Assembly: GCA_050245995.1 (NCBI GenBank)
Contig: JBFWWV010000014.1
Coordinates: forward strand, 73,893-137,892
Length of the DNA: 64,000 bases
Reading direction: 5' to 3'
DNA from: Planctomycetota bacterium
GTDB taxonomy: Bacteria; Planctomycetota; UBA1135; UBA2386
Below the pieces are notes generated by a model. It saw only the letters and a program-made list of their open reading frames with translations, did no database searches and was not told the DNA's origin. Numbering within the stretch: position 1 is the stretch's first letter; every line of letters starts with the position of its first letter. Both the position numbers and the translations under genes were made by a program. Shown one piece after another: positions 42,201 to 52,360 of this stretch.

Positions 42201-43121
42201 TGCCACCGCCGGCTGCTGGCGCGCGTGCGGCGCTACGCGGTCGAACGGCTGCGGCAGGCGATCCAGCCGGTCAGCCAGGCGGACTACGAGGCGTTCCTGC
42301 GCGGCTGGCACGGCCTCGACGGCCATGCGCCGCGCCACGGCCCCCGGGGTCTGGCGACGACGCTGGCGCAGCTCGCGGGCGGCATGGCCACGGTGTCCAC
42401 CTGGGACGAGGAGCTGCTGCCGCAGCGCGTGCAGGGCTACCGCCGCGAGCTGCTCGACCAGCTGACGCAGTCCGGCGAGTTCGTCTGGCTGCGCCTGTGG
42501 GGCAGCTGGCGCGGCCCGCTCAGCAAGGCGCCGCTGTCGCTGGTGCCGCGGCAGGACCTGCCGCTGTGGCTCGAGCTCCCGCTCGAACGCCCCGACCCCG
42601 CGAGCCTCGGCGGCGCCGCCGCGGTGCTGCGCGACCTGCTGCTGCAGCACGGCGCCGCGTTCCCGACCGACCTGCTGACCTGGAGCCGCCTGCTGCCGAG
42701 CCAGCTCGAGGACGGGCTGGCCGAACTGATCGGCACCGGCTTCGCGACCTGCGACTCGTTCGCCGCGGCGCGCCAGCTGGCGGTGCCGCCGAGCCGGCGG
42801 CAGTTCCCGCTGCACGGCGTCGGCCGCTTCCAGCTGGTGCCGTGGGGCCCCGCGCAGCGCGCCGGGGAAGCGGCGATCGAGCACTGCGCCGAGGCGCTCC
42901 TGCGCCGCTTCGGCGTGGTGTCCCAGTCGCTGTTGCTGCAGGAGCGCTGGCCGGTGCCGTGGCGCCTGCTGCTGCGCGCCCTGCGCGCGCTCGAGCTGTC
43001 CGGCCGTGCGCGCGGCGGCCGCTTCGTCACCGGCTGGACCGGCGAGCAGTTCGCCGCGCTCGACGCGGTCGCGCCGTTGCGCCGGCAGCGCGACCGGGCC
43101 GCGGTCGGCGCCGCGGGCTGA
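39279..43121 (+). CDS. lhr: Lhr family DEAH-box helicase with C-terminal extension
   Basis: APTGSGKT, SPLKALSND, TTPESL, DEIH, GLSAT, HHGSLS, SLELGIDIG, QRVGRAGH; C-terminal RGGRFV..GEQFA. Confidence 0.92.
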   Translation: MDPLTAFHPTVARWFAETLGAPSAPQQQGWPAIGQGGHVLIAAPTGSGKTMAAFLHALDRLLVAGSALPDATQVVYVSPLKALSNDVQKNLQRPLAELRARDPSLPEVRVAVRTGDTPAHERQAMLRRPPHIVVTTPESLYLLLTTQRGRQVLGSVRTVIVDEIHALARDKRGSHLALSIERLDRLVGQHGGALQRIGLSATQKPIEDTAALLCGHRDGAPRPCTIVDTGHRRELDLALEVPGAPLGVVCSTETWAEVFERMTALIEQHRTTLVFANTRKMTERIAARLGERLGNEHVTSHHGSLSRQRRLDAEQRLKDGRLKALVATASLELGIDIGDVDLVLQVGPTPTIATFLQRVGRAGHALGRVPKGRLFPLTRDELAASAALLLAVRRGDLDRTLQPEAPLDILAQQAVAACCDETFDEDELFQLARRSHPFRRLDRGDFDKVLALHAQGRAALLHRDPVHRRVRGTRRARLCAITCGGAIPDNADYRVVLDHDDTPVGSVHEDFAIESSVGDVFQLGNASWQVRRVGQGTVRVADANGAPPTLPFWIGEAPSRSRELAQAVGDVRRHGEDPAWLAAHCGLGDAAAEQLAEYLRAGRAALGAVPTPDCLVLERFFDESGGQQLVLHSPLGSRLNRAFGLALRKRFCTGFGFELQAAANEEALLISLGPMHSFALAEVWDYLHPDTARDVLVQALLPAPMFQARWRWNVTRALVVERARKGQRVPAPLLRFRADDALVAAFPQAQACPETLPPGPIEVPMDHPLVAQTIGDCLQEAMDIDGFLGLLRRIRRRDQDLELHAIDTNTPSPFAEGILNAMPYAFLDDAPLEERRTQAVVTAQRGARAQTGAEHDLDPDAVALVQKEAWPDPTSAEELHEVLGWVGWLEDGEVAPAWRPWLDELAADGRAVRDADRWFAHGQDRAPTSLWSGRLEAVLPVFVDALPDDDRQALLELETEGLAMRARMAGRDVICHRRLLARVRRYAVERLRQAIQPVSQADYEAFLRGWHGLDGHAPRHGPRGLATTLAQLAGGMATVSTWDEELLPQRVQGYRRELLDQLTQSGEFVWLRLWGSWRGPLSKAPLSLVPRQDLPLWLELPLERPDPASLGGAAAVLRDLLLQHGAAFPTDLLTWSRLLPSQLEDGLAELIGTGFATCDSFAAARQLAVPPSRRQFPLHGVGRFQLVPWGPAQRAGEAAIEHCAEALLRRFGVVSQSLLLQERWPVPWRLLLRALRALELSGRARGGRFVTGWTGEQFAALDAVAPLRRQRDRAAVGAAG

Positions 43122-43139
43122 GCGCGGTCACCCCGGGAG

Positions 43140-43667
43140 TCACGCGGGCGCCGGCAGCGCCGCCAGCAGCGCGTCCAGGTCGAGCGGCGCGCCCGCCACG
43201 TCGTCGCGCTGCCGGTGCAGCACCCGACCGTCGGCGGCGAGCGCCACGACGCCGCCCTGCTGCCAGGCGTCGCCCTGCACGCGGCCCTGGCGATGGCCCG
43301 CGCGCAGCGCGCGGACCAGGTTGCGCACCATGCCGAAGCGCAACACGGTGCGCAGCCCGCGCCGCATGCCCGCCGCGGCGAACGCACGCAGCTCGGGGTC
43401 GGTCCGCACCGGGTGCCCGCCCGCGTGCTCGTCCGCGAAGCCGCGCGCCATCGCCGGCGTACCGCTGCCGACGAACACCAGCCCCACGCCGCGCGCGCGC
43501 AACTCGTCGTCGCGGCCGCGCACCTGCGCGGCCCGTTCGCGGCAGAACAGTCAACCGAAGTGCCGCACGAACACCACCACCAGCGGTCGCCCCGCGGCGA
43601 CGGCGCGCAGGGGCTCCCGTTCGCCGTCGGGTGTCAGCAGTTCCAGATCCGGCAGCGAGTCCGCCAC
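43140..43667 (-). CDS. Peroxiredoxin-like (AhpC/TSA-2, SelU-like) selenoprotein; TGA at 43553-43551 read as Sec (alternative start 43697)
   Basis: ORFs 43551..43733 and 43140..43523 share a frame: VVVFVRHFG-TGA-LFCRERAAQ...DPELRAF...QQGGVV; TGA occupies the first Cys position of RHxGCxxCR. Confidence 0.85.
43514..43533 (-). promoter_or_regulatory. Putative bacterial SECIS hairpin
   Basis: GGCCGCGC-AGGU-GCGCGGCC, perfect 8-bp stem, loop begins 26 nt after the UGA. Confidence 0.75.
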
Positions 43668-44697
43668 GCCGGAGTTTCTACCAGGGACCCACGCCATCGG
43701 AGGGACGGAAAGAGCCCCCGCCGCGCGAGGCACGACGAGGGCAGGGCTGAGGTGAGGACCAGCCCCGAGTCCAAGGGAGTGGATCGGGCGCTACGACAGC
43801 ATCGCGGCGCCGGCGCCGCGGCGCCGGACGAATAACCGTGGCGAAGCACGCAAGTGCCGAGCCACCGTGAGTCCATGTCTCCTCATATATTCATGGCCCT
43901 CACGGCAAACCGGCCGCAGCCACGCGCGATCGTATTCTCCAGCAGCACCACCAACCGGAGAACCGAACCGCGCGCGCGTCGCGACCGGGCGGCTGCGACA
44001 CTCACGTGCTTCGACGACACGGGGGGGTTGCCCCCCTGGCCGAGCAGCCCACCGACGCGCCGACCCGCCCGCAACCGAAGCTGCGAACGAACCGTCACGG
44101 CGACGAGACTGCGTCGCTCCCGATTGCAAACGGCAGCGCGGAGCTGCGGGCGCCCGGGAGTGCGCCTGCACCTTGGATCCACGCTTGCCACTCGCGGAGC
44201 GGGACGCCTCGCGGCGACCCGCTCCATGAATGTCCGGGTAGTCCCGCGCGCGCTCGACGCCATTGGGCCGCATTGCCGCCTTGGACCACGATCCAAGGCG
44301 TACGGACAAAGCAGTTCCAATGGTGGGGCGGAACGTCGGGACATGACGAATATGGAAACCGCGCGAATTCGCGATGCGGTTCCGGGTGAGTCTGAGGAGA
44401 AGGCTATCTCGGAGCCACCCCACCGGCAACCCGCGATCCCGGCATGCGACCGAGTGCGCAGACGCCGGCGCCGGCGACCCGACCGGACGCGGCCGCGCTC
44501 GATCGACGGTCACGGCCCCCACGCCGCGCGGATCGCGCCGAACGGCCGATGCCATGCGCGCTGCGCGACGCACCTGCGCGCCGGCCGAAATCGCCATGGT
44601 ACGTTGTGCCGTCATGGCCGATGAGGAACGGCCGAGTCCGAAGAACCGACGACCCACCGCCGACGACGCAGCGCTCAGTTCTCGAACACTTCGAAAC

Positions 44698-46326
<1,629 letters not shown>

Positions 46327-46376
46327 GATCGAACGCCAAGAGAACGACCGAGAGAGTCACCGAAGGGACCGCATCC

Positions 46377-47663
46377 ATGACTTGCACCTATCTGCCGCAT
46401 CTCAAAGACCTGCCCGCTGACCGCTTCGCCGGCGTCCGCCGCGACTATTCGCCGCAGGAGGTCGACCGCCTGCGCGGCACCATGCCGATCGAGCACTCGC
46501 TGGCGCAGCACGGCGCGCGCCGCCTGTGGGCGCAGCTGCACGGCCCGACCCACATCGCCGCGCTCGGCGCGCTGACCGGCAACCAGGCCGTGCAGATGGT
46601 CAAGGCCGGCCTGCAGGCGATCTACCTGAGCGGCTGGCAGGTCGCGGCCGACGCCAACCTGTCCGGCCAGATGTACCCGGACCAGAGCCTGTACCCGGCC
46701 AACTCGGTGCCGAACGTCGTCCAGCGCATCAACCAGGCGCTGCAGCGCGCCGACCAGATCGCGCACATGGAGGGCGACCACTCCATCAACTGGTTCGTGC
46801 CGATCGTCGCCGACGCCGAGGCCGGCTTCGGCGGCCCGCTGAACGCGTTCGAGCTGATGAAGCAGATGATCGCCGCCGGCGCCGCCGGCGTGCACTTCGA
46901 GGACCAGCTCGCCAGCGAGAAGAAGTGCGGCCACCTCGGCGGCAAGGTGCTGGTGCCGACGCAGACGTTCGTGCGCACGCTGAACGCCGCCCGCCTCGCC
47001 GCCGACGTCAGCGGCGTGCCGACCGTGCTGGTCGCGCGCACCGACGCCGACGCCGCGGCGCTCTTGACCAGCGACGTCGACGAGCGCGACCACCCGTTCC
47101 TGACCGGCGGCCGCACGTCGGAGGGCTTCTTCGAGACACGGCCGGGCATCGACCAGGCGATCGCGCGCGGCGTCGCCTACGCGCCGTACGCCGACGTCGT
47201 CTGGTGCGAGACCAGCAAGCCCGACCTCGCGCAGGCCAAGCGCTTCGCCGAGGCCGTGCGCAGGGACCACCCGAACAAGCTGCTGGCCTACAACTGCTCG
47301 CCGAGCTTCAACTGGAAGAAGAACCTCGACGACGCGACGATCGCCAGGTTCCAGCGCGAGCTCGGCGCGATGGGCTACAAGTTCCAGTTCGTGACGCTGG
47401 CCGGCTTCCACGCGCTGAACCACTCGATGTTCACGCTGGCGAAGGACTACGCCGCGCGCGGCATGGCCGCCTACGTCGAGCTGCAGCAGGCCGAGTTCGC
47501 CGCCGAGGCGCAGGGCTACACCGCCACCAAGCACCAGCGCGAGGTCGGCACCGGCTACTTCGACGCGGTCTCGCAGGCGATCAGCCAGGGCCAGTCGTCG
47601 ACCACGGCGCTGGCCGGCTCGACCGAGGCCGAGCAGTTCACGGCGGCGAAGAAGGGCGCCTGA
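46377..47663 (+). CDS. aceA: Isocitrate lyase
   Basis: [36 protein letters not shown]. Confidence 0.97.
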   Translation: MTCTYLPHLKDLPADRFAGVRRDYSPQEVDRLRGTMPIEHSLAQHGARRLWAQLHGPTHIAALGALTGNQAVQMVKAGLQAIYLSGWQVAADANLSGQMYPDQSLYPANSVPNVVQRINQALQRADQIAHMEGDHSINWFVPIVADAEAGFGGPLNAFELMKQMIAAGAAGVHFEDQLASEKKCGHLGGKVLVPTQTFVRTLNAARLAADVSGVPTVLVARTDADAAALLTSDVDERDHPFLTGGRTSEGFFETRPGIDQAIARGVAYAPYADVVWCETSKPDLAQAKRFAEAVRRDHPNKLLAYNCSPSFNWKKNLDDATIARFQRELGAMGYKFQFVTLAGFHALNHSMFTLAKDYAARGMAAYVELQQAEFAAEAQGYTATKHQREVGTGYFDAVSQAISQGQSSTTALAGSTEAEQFTAAKKGA

Positions 47664-47694
47664 GCGGAGCGTCGGGCCGCCTCGCGCGGCCCGA

Positions 47695-48777
47695 TCAGCG
47701 CGGAGTCGGGAGCGCGGCGAGCACGACGCCGCGCTCCATGCCGCCCGCGCGCACCCGACTGGAGACCAGCAGCACCACCTGGACCGTTCCTGGTCGCAGG
47801 CCGGCGTCGGCCTCCAGGCCGTGGGTCTTCCGGTGGACATCGAGCAGGTGGCTCTTCCACGGCACCGATTCGCGCTGCCCCGCGTACACGCCGATCTCCG
47901 CGGCATCGCTTCGGTAGGTCAGTTCCACGAACTCCTGGTCGACCTCGCCGACCTCGGCCTCCACCACAGCGGCGCCCATGGGTCCCATGTAGAGGAACTC
48001 GAGGACCCTCCGCCCGACCGCATCGGCCTGGTCGACGTACGACGCGAGCAGGTCGGCGACCGCGGGGCGCAGCGCCGGTGGGAACGCATCGGCTCCTGCC
48101 TGCGGTCGCGAGGCCCATGGCTCCTCGCCGACGACCGGCGGACTCGCCAGGACGCAGCAATGGGTGAGGCCACCGACGATCAGCAGCGTCTGCACGCTGC
48201 CCAGGACCAGCCGTGGCGGCCCGGCACAGCCGTGCCGTCCCTTGATCTCGGCGCTGAGCCTCGAGTCCTCGAGCGAGAACGACAACCGCTGCCGCGCCGA
48301 CAGCATCCAGTCGGGCACCGCGTCGCGGCTGAGCGCGGCGCCGCGATCGGGACCGAAGCCCGTGACCTGGGCGCGCAGCAGCGTGGCGCCGGTGAGCCTT
48401 CGCAGCGCGGTGCCGAACGGCGACCGCGCGTCGACCACGGCGCGCGGATGGCCGGCGAGGATCTCCCGCGCCGCCGAGCGCTCCGGCTCGGGGAAGTCGG
48501 CGAGCAGGTCCTCGGCGACGTTCGCGCGGAGTCGCGCGGCGTCCTCCGGCTCGCTCGGGTCGGTGGCCGGGACACCCGGCGCTCCTGCCGCCGTGGCCGG
48601 AACGAACTCGGCCTCGCTTCGACCTGCCGCGTCGAGCGACTCGGTCGCCGGCAGCGAGGGCCCGTCGCGGCCGGACACGGACCAGGCGACGGCGACGGCT
48701 GCAACCAACGCGACGATCCACACGGCGAGACGCACGGCCAGAGTCCACCGCGCCCCGCCTACCGAGCCTCGAGCCAC
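47695..48777 (-). CDS. Hypothetical protein with N-terminal membrane anchor (start uncertain)
   Basis: C-terminal part of ORF 47695..50352; LAVWIVALVAAVAVAW TM segment. Confidence 0.55.
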   Translation of the reverse strand: MARGSVGGARWTLAVRLAVWIVALVAAVAVAWSVSGRDGPSLPATESLDAAGRSEAEFVPATAAGAPGVPATDPSEPEDAARLRANVAEDLLADFPEPERSAAREILAGHPRAVVDARSPFGTALRRLTGATLLRAQVTGFGPDRGAALSRDAVPDWMLSARQRLSFSLEDSRLSAEIKGRHGCAGPPRLVLGSVQTLLIVGGLTHCCVLASPPVVGEEPWASRPQAGADAFPPALRPAVADLLASYVDQADAVGRRVLEFLYMGPMGAAVVEAEVGEVDQEFVELTYRSDAAEIGVYAGQRESVPWKSHLLDVHRKTHGLEADAGLRPGTVQVVLLVSSRVRAGGMERGVVLAALPTPR

Positions 48778-50114
48778 GCCCGCAGCGCGTCCTTTCCCTG
48801 CAGCAACTCCTGAATGCACCACACCCACACCGCGCCGTCGTCGCCGCGCCGGAACGTGCGGTCGACCAGCTCGGGCCGATCGCCGATCGCGTGGAGCGGC
48901 GGGAACGTCACCGACACCACCACCATCGGCGGCACCGGCAACAGCCGGCACAGGTGCCCGCCCGGCGTCACGTGCGACTCGCCGCGGAGGACCAGCATGC
49001 GCACCTCGGGATCGCCGTCGAAGACCCTGCGGATCTCGGCGCCGCAGAGCTCGTCGCGCTCGGCGTAGCGGACCTCGTCGCACAGGGTCCGGAAGTCGCC
49101 GGGTTCCATCGACCGCACCTCGGCGCCGAGTTCGGTCGCCAGATCGAGGACCGACCGCTGCGCCGCTTCGACCGACGGCTCGAAGCCGACGACGACGCGG
49201 CCGGGCGCGCGCTCGACCATTGCGCGCAGGACGCGCTGCTGCGCCAGGCGCAGCGGCCCTTCGGGCTCGTGGATCTCGCCGAACAGCACCAGCCGCGCAG
49301 CACCGGCCGCCGCCAGCAGCGCGTCGGGCTCGACCTCGGTCCAGGGACGCTTCGCCAGCGCCGCGGCGCCCTCCGCGTTCTCCCGTTGCGCGCGTTCGCG
49401 CACACGCTGCGACTCGGGCCGCGCGTCGACGGTCGCGTCGGCGGCGCGCGCGTCGAGCCGCAGAAGCGCCTCCCTGGCGCGGAAGCGCATCGACGCGCGC
49501 TCCTCGCGGAGGAAGGCCTCCATCAGCGGCCGCTGCTCCGGGTCGTCGACGCGATCGAACAGCGGCAGCAGGCGGTATCCCTGCCAGCTCGACGCCGCGT
49601 CGCCGAGCAGCGCCGAGACGTCGCGCGGGTGGATCGCGGCGCCGCCGTGCACCAGCGTCGACGCGGCCTCGATCCGCACCGGCAGCCACGCGTGCGCCAG
49701 CAGCCCTTCGACGTCGCTCCAGTCGTCCTGCGCCGACCCGGCCAGCGGCAGTCCGGCCAGCGCCCGCAGCGCCGCGATCACGACCTGCTGCGAGCGATCG
49801 CGGAGCGCGCGCCGCAGCAGCGGCAACGCCGCGGGCAACGCCGCAGGATCGCTCTCGGCGATCAGGCCGAGACAGCGCAGCGCCGCCACCTGCAGCTCCG
49901 GGTCGTCGTCGTCGAGCAGCTTGGCGATCGCCTCGACGTGCGAGGCGGTGCCCACCCACTCGAGCGCCATCAGCGCCTCGTGCCGGACCCGGGCGTCGTC
50001 CGCCGCCAGCGCCGCGACCAGCCCGCGCTCGAACGCCGTCGGCGCCGCGGCCTGGCCCGTGAGTCCGGCGCCGAGCAGCGCCGTCGTGAGAACCGCACCG
50101 AACCGTCGACTCAT
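48759..50114 (-). CDS. Exported HEAT-repeat protein with C-terminal ChaN/EreA-like domain
   Basis: Signal peptide; HEAT repeats (VRHEALMAL, LQVAALRCLG, VRIEAA); LVLFGEIH...VVVGFE...LVLRGESHV. Confidence 0.65.
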   Translation of the reverse strand: MSRRFGAVLTTALLGAGLTGQAAAPTAFERGLVAALAADDARVRHEALMALEWVGTASHVEAIAKLLDDDDPELQVAALRCLGLIAESDPAALPAALPLLRRALRDRSQQVVIAALRALAGLPLAGSAQDDWSDVEGLLAHAWLPVRIEAASTLVHGGAAIHPRDVSALLGDAASSWQGYRLLPLFDRVDDPEQRPLMEAFLREERASMRFRAREALLRLDARAADATVDARPESQRVRERAQRENAEGAAALAKRPWTEVEPDALLAAAGAARLVLFGEIHEPEGPLRLAQQRVLRAMVERAPGRVVVGFEPSVEAAQRSVLDLATELGAEVRSMEPGDFRTLCDEVRYAERDELCGAEIRRVFDGDPEVRMLVLRGESHVTPGGHLCRLLPVPPMVVVSVTFPPLHAIGDRPELVDRTFRRGDDGAVWVWCIQELLQGKDALRAWLEAR

Positions 50115-50122
50115 GCCGACGA

Positions 50123-52360
50123 TCAGAACACCTGCCGCCAGTAGACGAAAACCCCCTGCGCGTCCCAGTCGAACAGCCCGCCGTCGGCGCGATACCGGCC
50201 CATGCGGAACTCGGTGCCGAACGCGCGGCGCTCGCCGTCGAGCTGCCAGCGCACGTCGGCGCGCCAGTCGAGGAACGACACCGCGAAGTCGCCGGTCGTG
50301 CGCGTGCAGGCGCCGGTGAACTCCCAGCGCAGGTCGCCCGACGGCTGCGCAACGAAGCTGCCGTGCACGGTGTGGGTGTCGCCGTCGAAGCCGACCAGCG
50401 TCGGCACCGGGTTCGGGTCGGGGTCGAAGTAGAAGCTGGTGCGGGTCTCGCTGTCGATCCGCGCGAACGTGTAGCCGACGTCGCACGACAGCTCGCGACC
50501 GGCGGCGCCGGCGGTCACGCCGGTCGACAGCGCGTCGAGGCGGTGGTCGGCGACGTCGTTGGTGTTGCGGCGGTGCCGCACGAACACCGTGGCGTTCGCC
50601 GTGCGGCCGTCGCCGTCGTCGTCACCGCCGACGAACGCGACGCTGCCCGAGGCCTCGCGCGCGCGCTCCGGCGCGAGTTCGTGCAGCAAGGCGCCGTCCT
50701 GGCCGAAGTCGCGCCACTCGCCGCGCACGGTGATCCCGTCGCACGGCCGCCAGCGCGCGCGCGCGACCACGCCGTCGTCGCGCGCCTGGCCGCGGCGGAA
50801 GTCGCGCGGATCGCCGGGGTCGAGATCGGGCACGCGCAACCATTCGCGCGCGGCGCCGTAGCCCAGCGCCAGCTCGAGCGCGTCGAGCGCCCGCCATTCG
50901 AGCACCGCGCTGCCGTCGAACAGACGCTGCGCGGTGTGCTGGTCGACGTCGGTGTCGACCGTCACCGTGGTCGACAGCGTCGGGAACGTGGTGACGTCGA
51001 ACTGGCGCAGCGACAGGTCCTCGCGGTGGTCCCGCCAGTGCGCGTCCAGCACCAGGACCAGGGCGTCGCCGAGCGCCAGAGTCGTCGCCAGGTCGATCAG
51101 CGACGTGCGCGCGGTGCCGTCGCCGACGGCCGACGTCACGGTGTCGAACTGCGCGATGTCGAAGCCGCTGCTGGTGCCGTCGGCCACCACCCGCCGGTCG
51201 TGGTCGAACACCTGCGCGGTGAGCGCGACGGTCCACGGACCGCCGTCGCCGTCGAGCCGCAGCCGGGCGCCGGGTCCGCGCAAGCTGGTTCGCGACGTGA
51301 AGTCCTCGGTCTCGTCGAACGCCGGGTTGGCCGGCGCCGGGCGCGCGTAGCGCCATTGGTCGCGGCTGCGGTCCTCGCGCAGCAGCGCCGCCACCGCCCA
51401 GTTCCAGTCGTCGACCTCGCCGCGCAGGCCGACCTCGCCGGCAGAGGCACGCGCGCGGCGCGGGCTGTCGACACCGTCGACGAACGACTGCACCGAGACG
51501 TTGCGGTTGCCGATGCGCTGCGTCAGCCAGAACCCCTCGTCGTCGTGGCGCCGGAACGCCGCGAACGCGCGCAGCCCGGCGCCGAGCTCGACCTCGACGT
51601 CGGTGGTCCACGCCTCGGCGGTGCGGTCGACGCGGTGGAAGTCGCCGCCGCCGGCGTAGTGCAGGCGATCGCGCAGGAACGCCACGTCGACCTCGCCGAG
51701 GTCGTCCTCGCGCGCGCGCAGCCCGGCGCTCCAGCGCGGATCGCCGACGTCGTGCGCCTGCAGCGCGAGATCGTCGAACGGGGCGTCCGCGCCCACGCCC
51801 TCGCCGCGCAGCTCCAACGCGCGCAGCCGCGCGCCGGGCTCCAGGTCGACGTCGGTGGCGTAGCCGTCGCGCGAGCCGGCCACGTGCACGAACCGGTAGC
51901 CGAAGTCGACCAGCCCGCTCCAGTCGACGCCCTCTCCCCGCGCCGCCGCGGCCAGCTCCTCGGTGCGCTGCGCGTCGGCGGCCGCCTCGGGCCGCGGCAG
52001 CGCCGCCGCGTGCAGCAGGTCGCGCAGCGGGTGTCGGCCCGCGGCGGGGTCGCGTTCGCGCCCGGGGTGGCACGCGGCGCAGGCCGCCGCCTGCACCGCC
52101 GGCACCGGCGAGGGCGCCCGGTCGCCGGGCCGGCTCGCCGCCGCCACGTGGCCCGCGAGGTCGCCGTGGCACGACGTGCACGCATGCGGCCGGGTGGCCG
52201 ACTGCAGCCACAGCGCCGCGTGCGGCGACTGACGCAGGCCCTTCGCCGCGCCCGGATGGCACACCGCGCACGACGCGCGGTCGAGCGCGGCGGCGCCGCC
52301 GTCCTGCGCCATCGCCGTGCCCGGCGCCAGCAGTGCCATCGCCACCAGCCAGCGCCTCAT
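50123..52360 (-). CDS. MtrB/PioB-like outer-membrane beta-barrel with fused N-terminal triheme cytochrome c
   Basis: Signal peptide MRRWL...AMAQ; CAVCH, CTSCH, CAACH; then GLVDFGYRFVHVAGSRDGYATDVDL.PG and amphipathic beta-strands ending VYWRQVF. Confidence 0.78.
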   Translation of the reverse strand: MRRWLVAMALLAPGTAMAQDGGAAALDRASCAVCHPGAAKGLRQSPHAALWLQSATRPHACTSCHGDLAGHVAAASRPGDRAPSPVPAVQAAACAACHPGRERDPAAGRHPLRDLLHAAALPRPEAAADAQRTEELAAAARGEGVDWSGLVDFGYRFVHVAGSRDGYATDVDLEPGARLRALELRGEGVGADAPFDDLALQAHDVGDPRWSAGLRAREDDLGEVDVAFLRDRLHYAGGGDFHRVDRTAEAWTTDVEVELGAGLRAFAAFRRHDDEGFWLTQRIGNRNVSVQSFVDGVDSPRRARASAGEVGLRGEVDDWNWAVAALLREDRSRDQWRYARPAPANPAFDETEDFTSRTSLRGPGARLRLDGDGGPWTVALTAQVFDHDRRVVADGTSSGFDIAQFDTVTSAVGDGTARTSLIDLATTLALGDALVLVLDAHWRDHREDLSLRQFDVTTFPTLSTTVTVDTDVDQHTAQRLFDGSAVLEWRALDALELALGYGAAREWLRVPDLDPGDPRDFRRGQARDDGVVARARWRPCDGITVRGEWRDFGQDGALLHELAPERAREASGSVAFVGGDDDGDGRTANATVFVRHRRNTNDVADHRLDALSTGVTAGAAGRELSCDVGYTFARIDSETRTSFYFDPDPNPVPTLVGFDGDTHTVHGSFVAQPSGDLRWEFTGACTRTTGDFAVSFLDWRADVRWQLDGERRAFGTEFRMGRYRADGGLFDWDAQGVFVYWRQVF

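Noticed and set aside
38955-42884. 1309 aa antisense ORF over lhr
   Set aside because: Antisense mirror of a GC-biased gene with no recognisable motifs
43700-44690. Possible CDS or structural RNA (tRNA, tmRNA, RNase P, SRP) in the long gap
   Set aside because: ORFs lack host codon bias and motifs, and no hallmark RNA sequences were recognised
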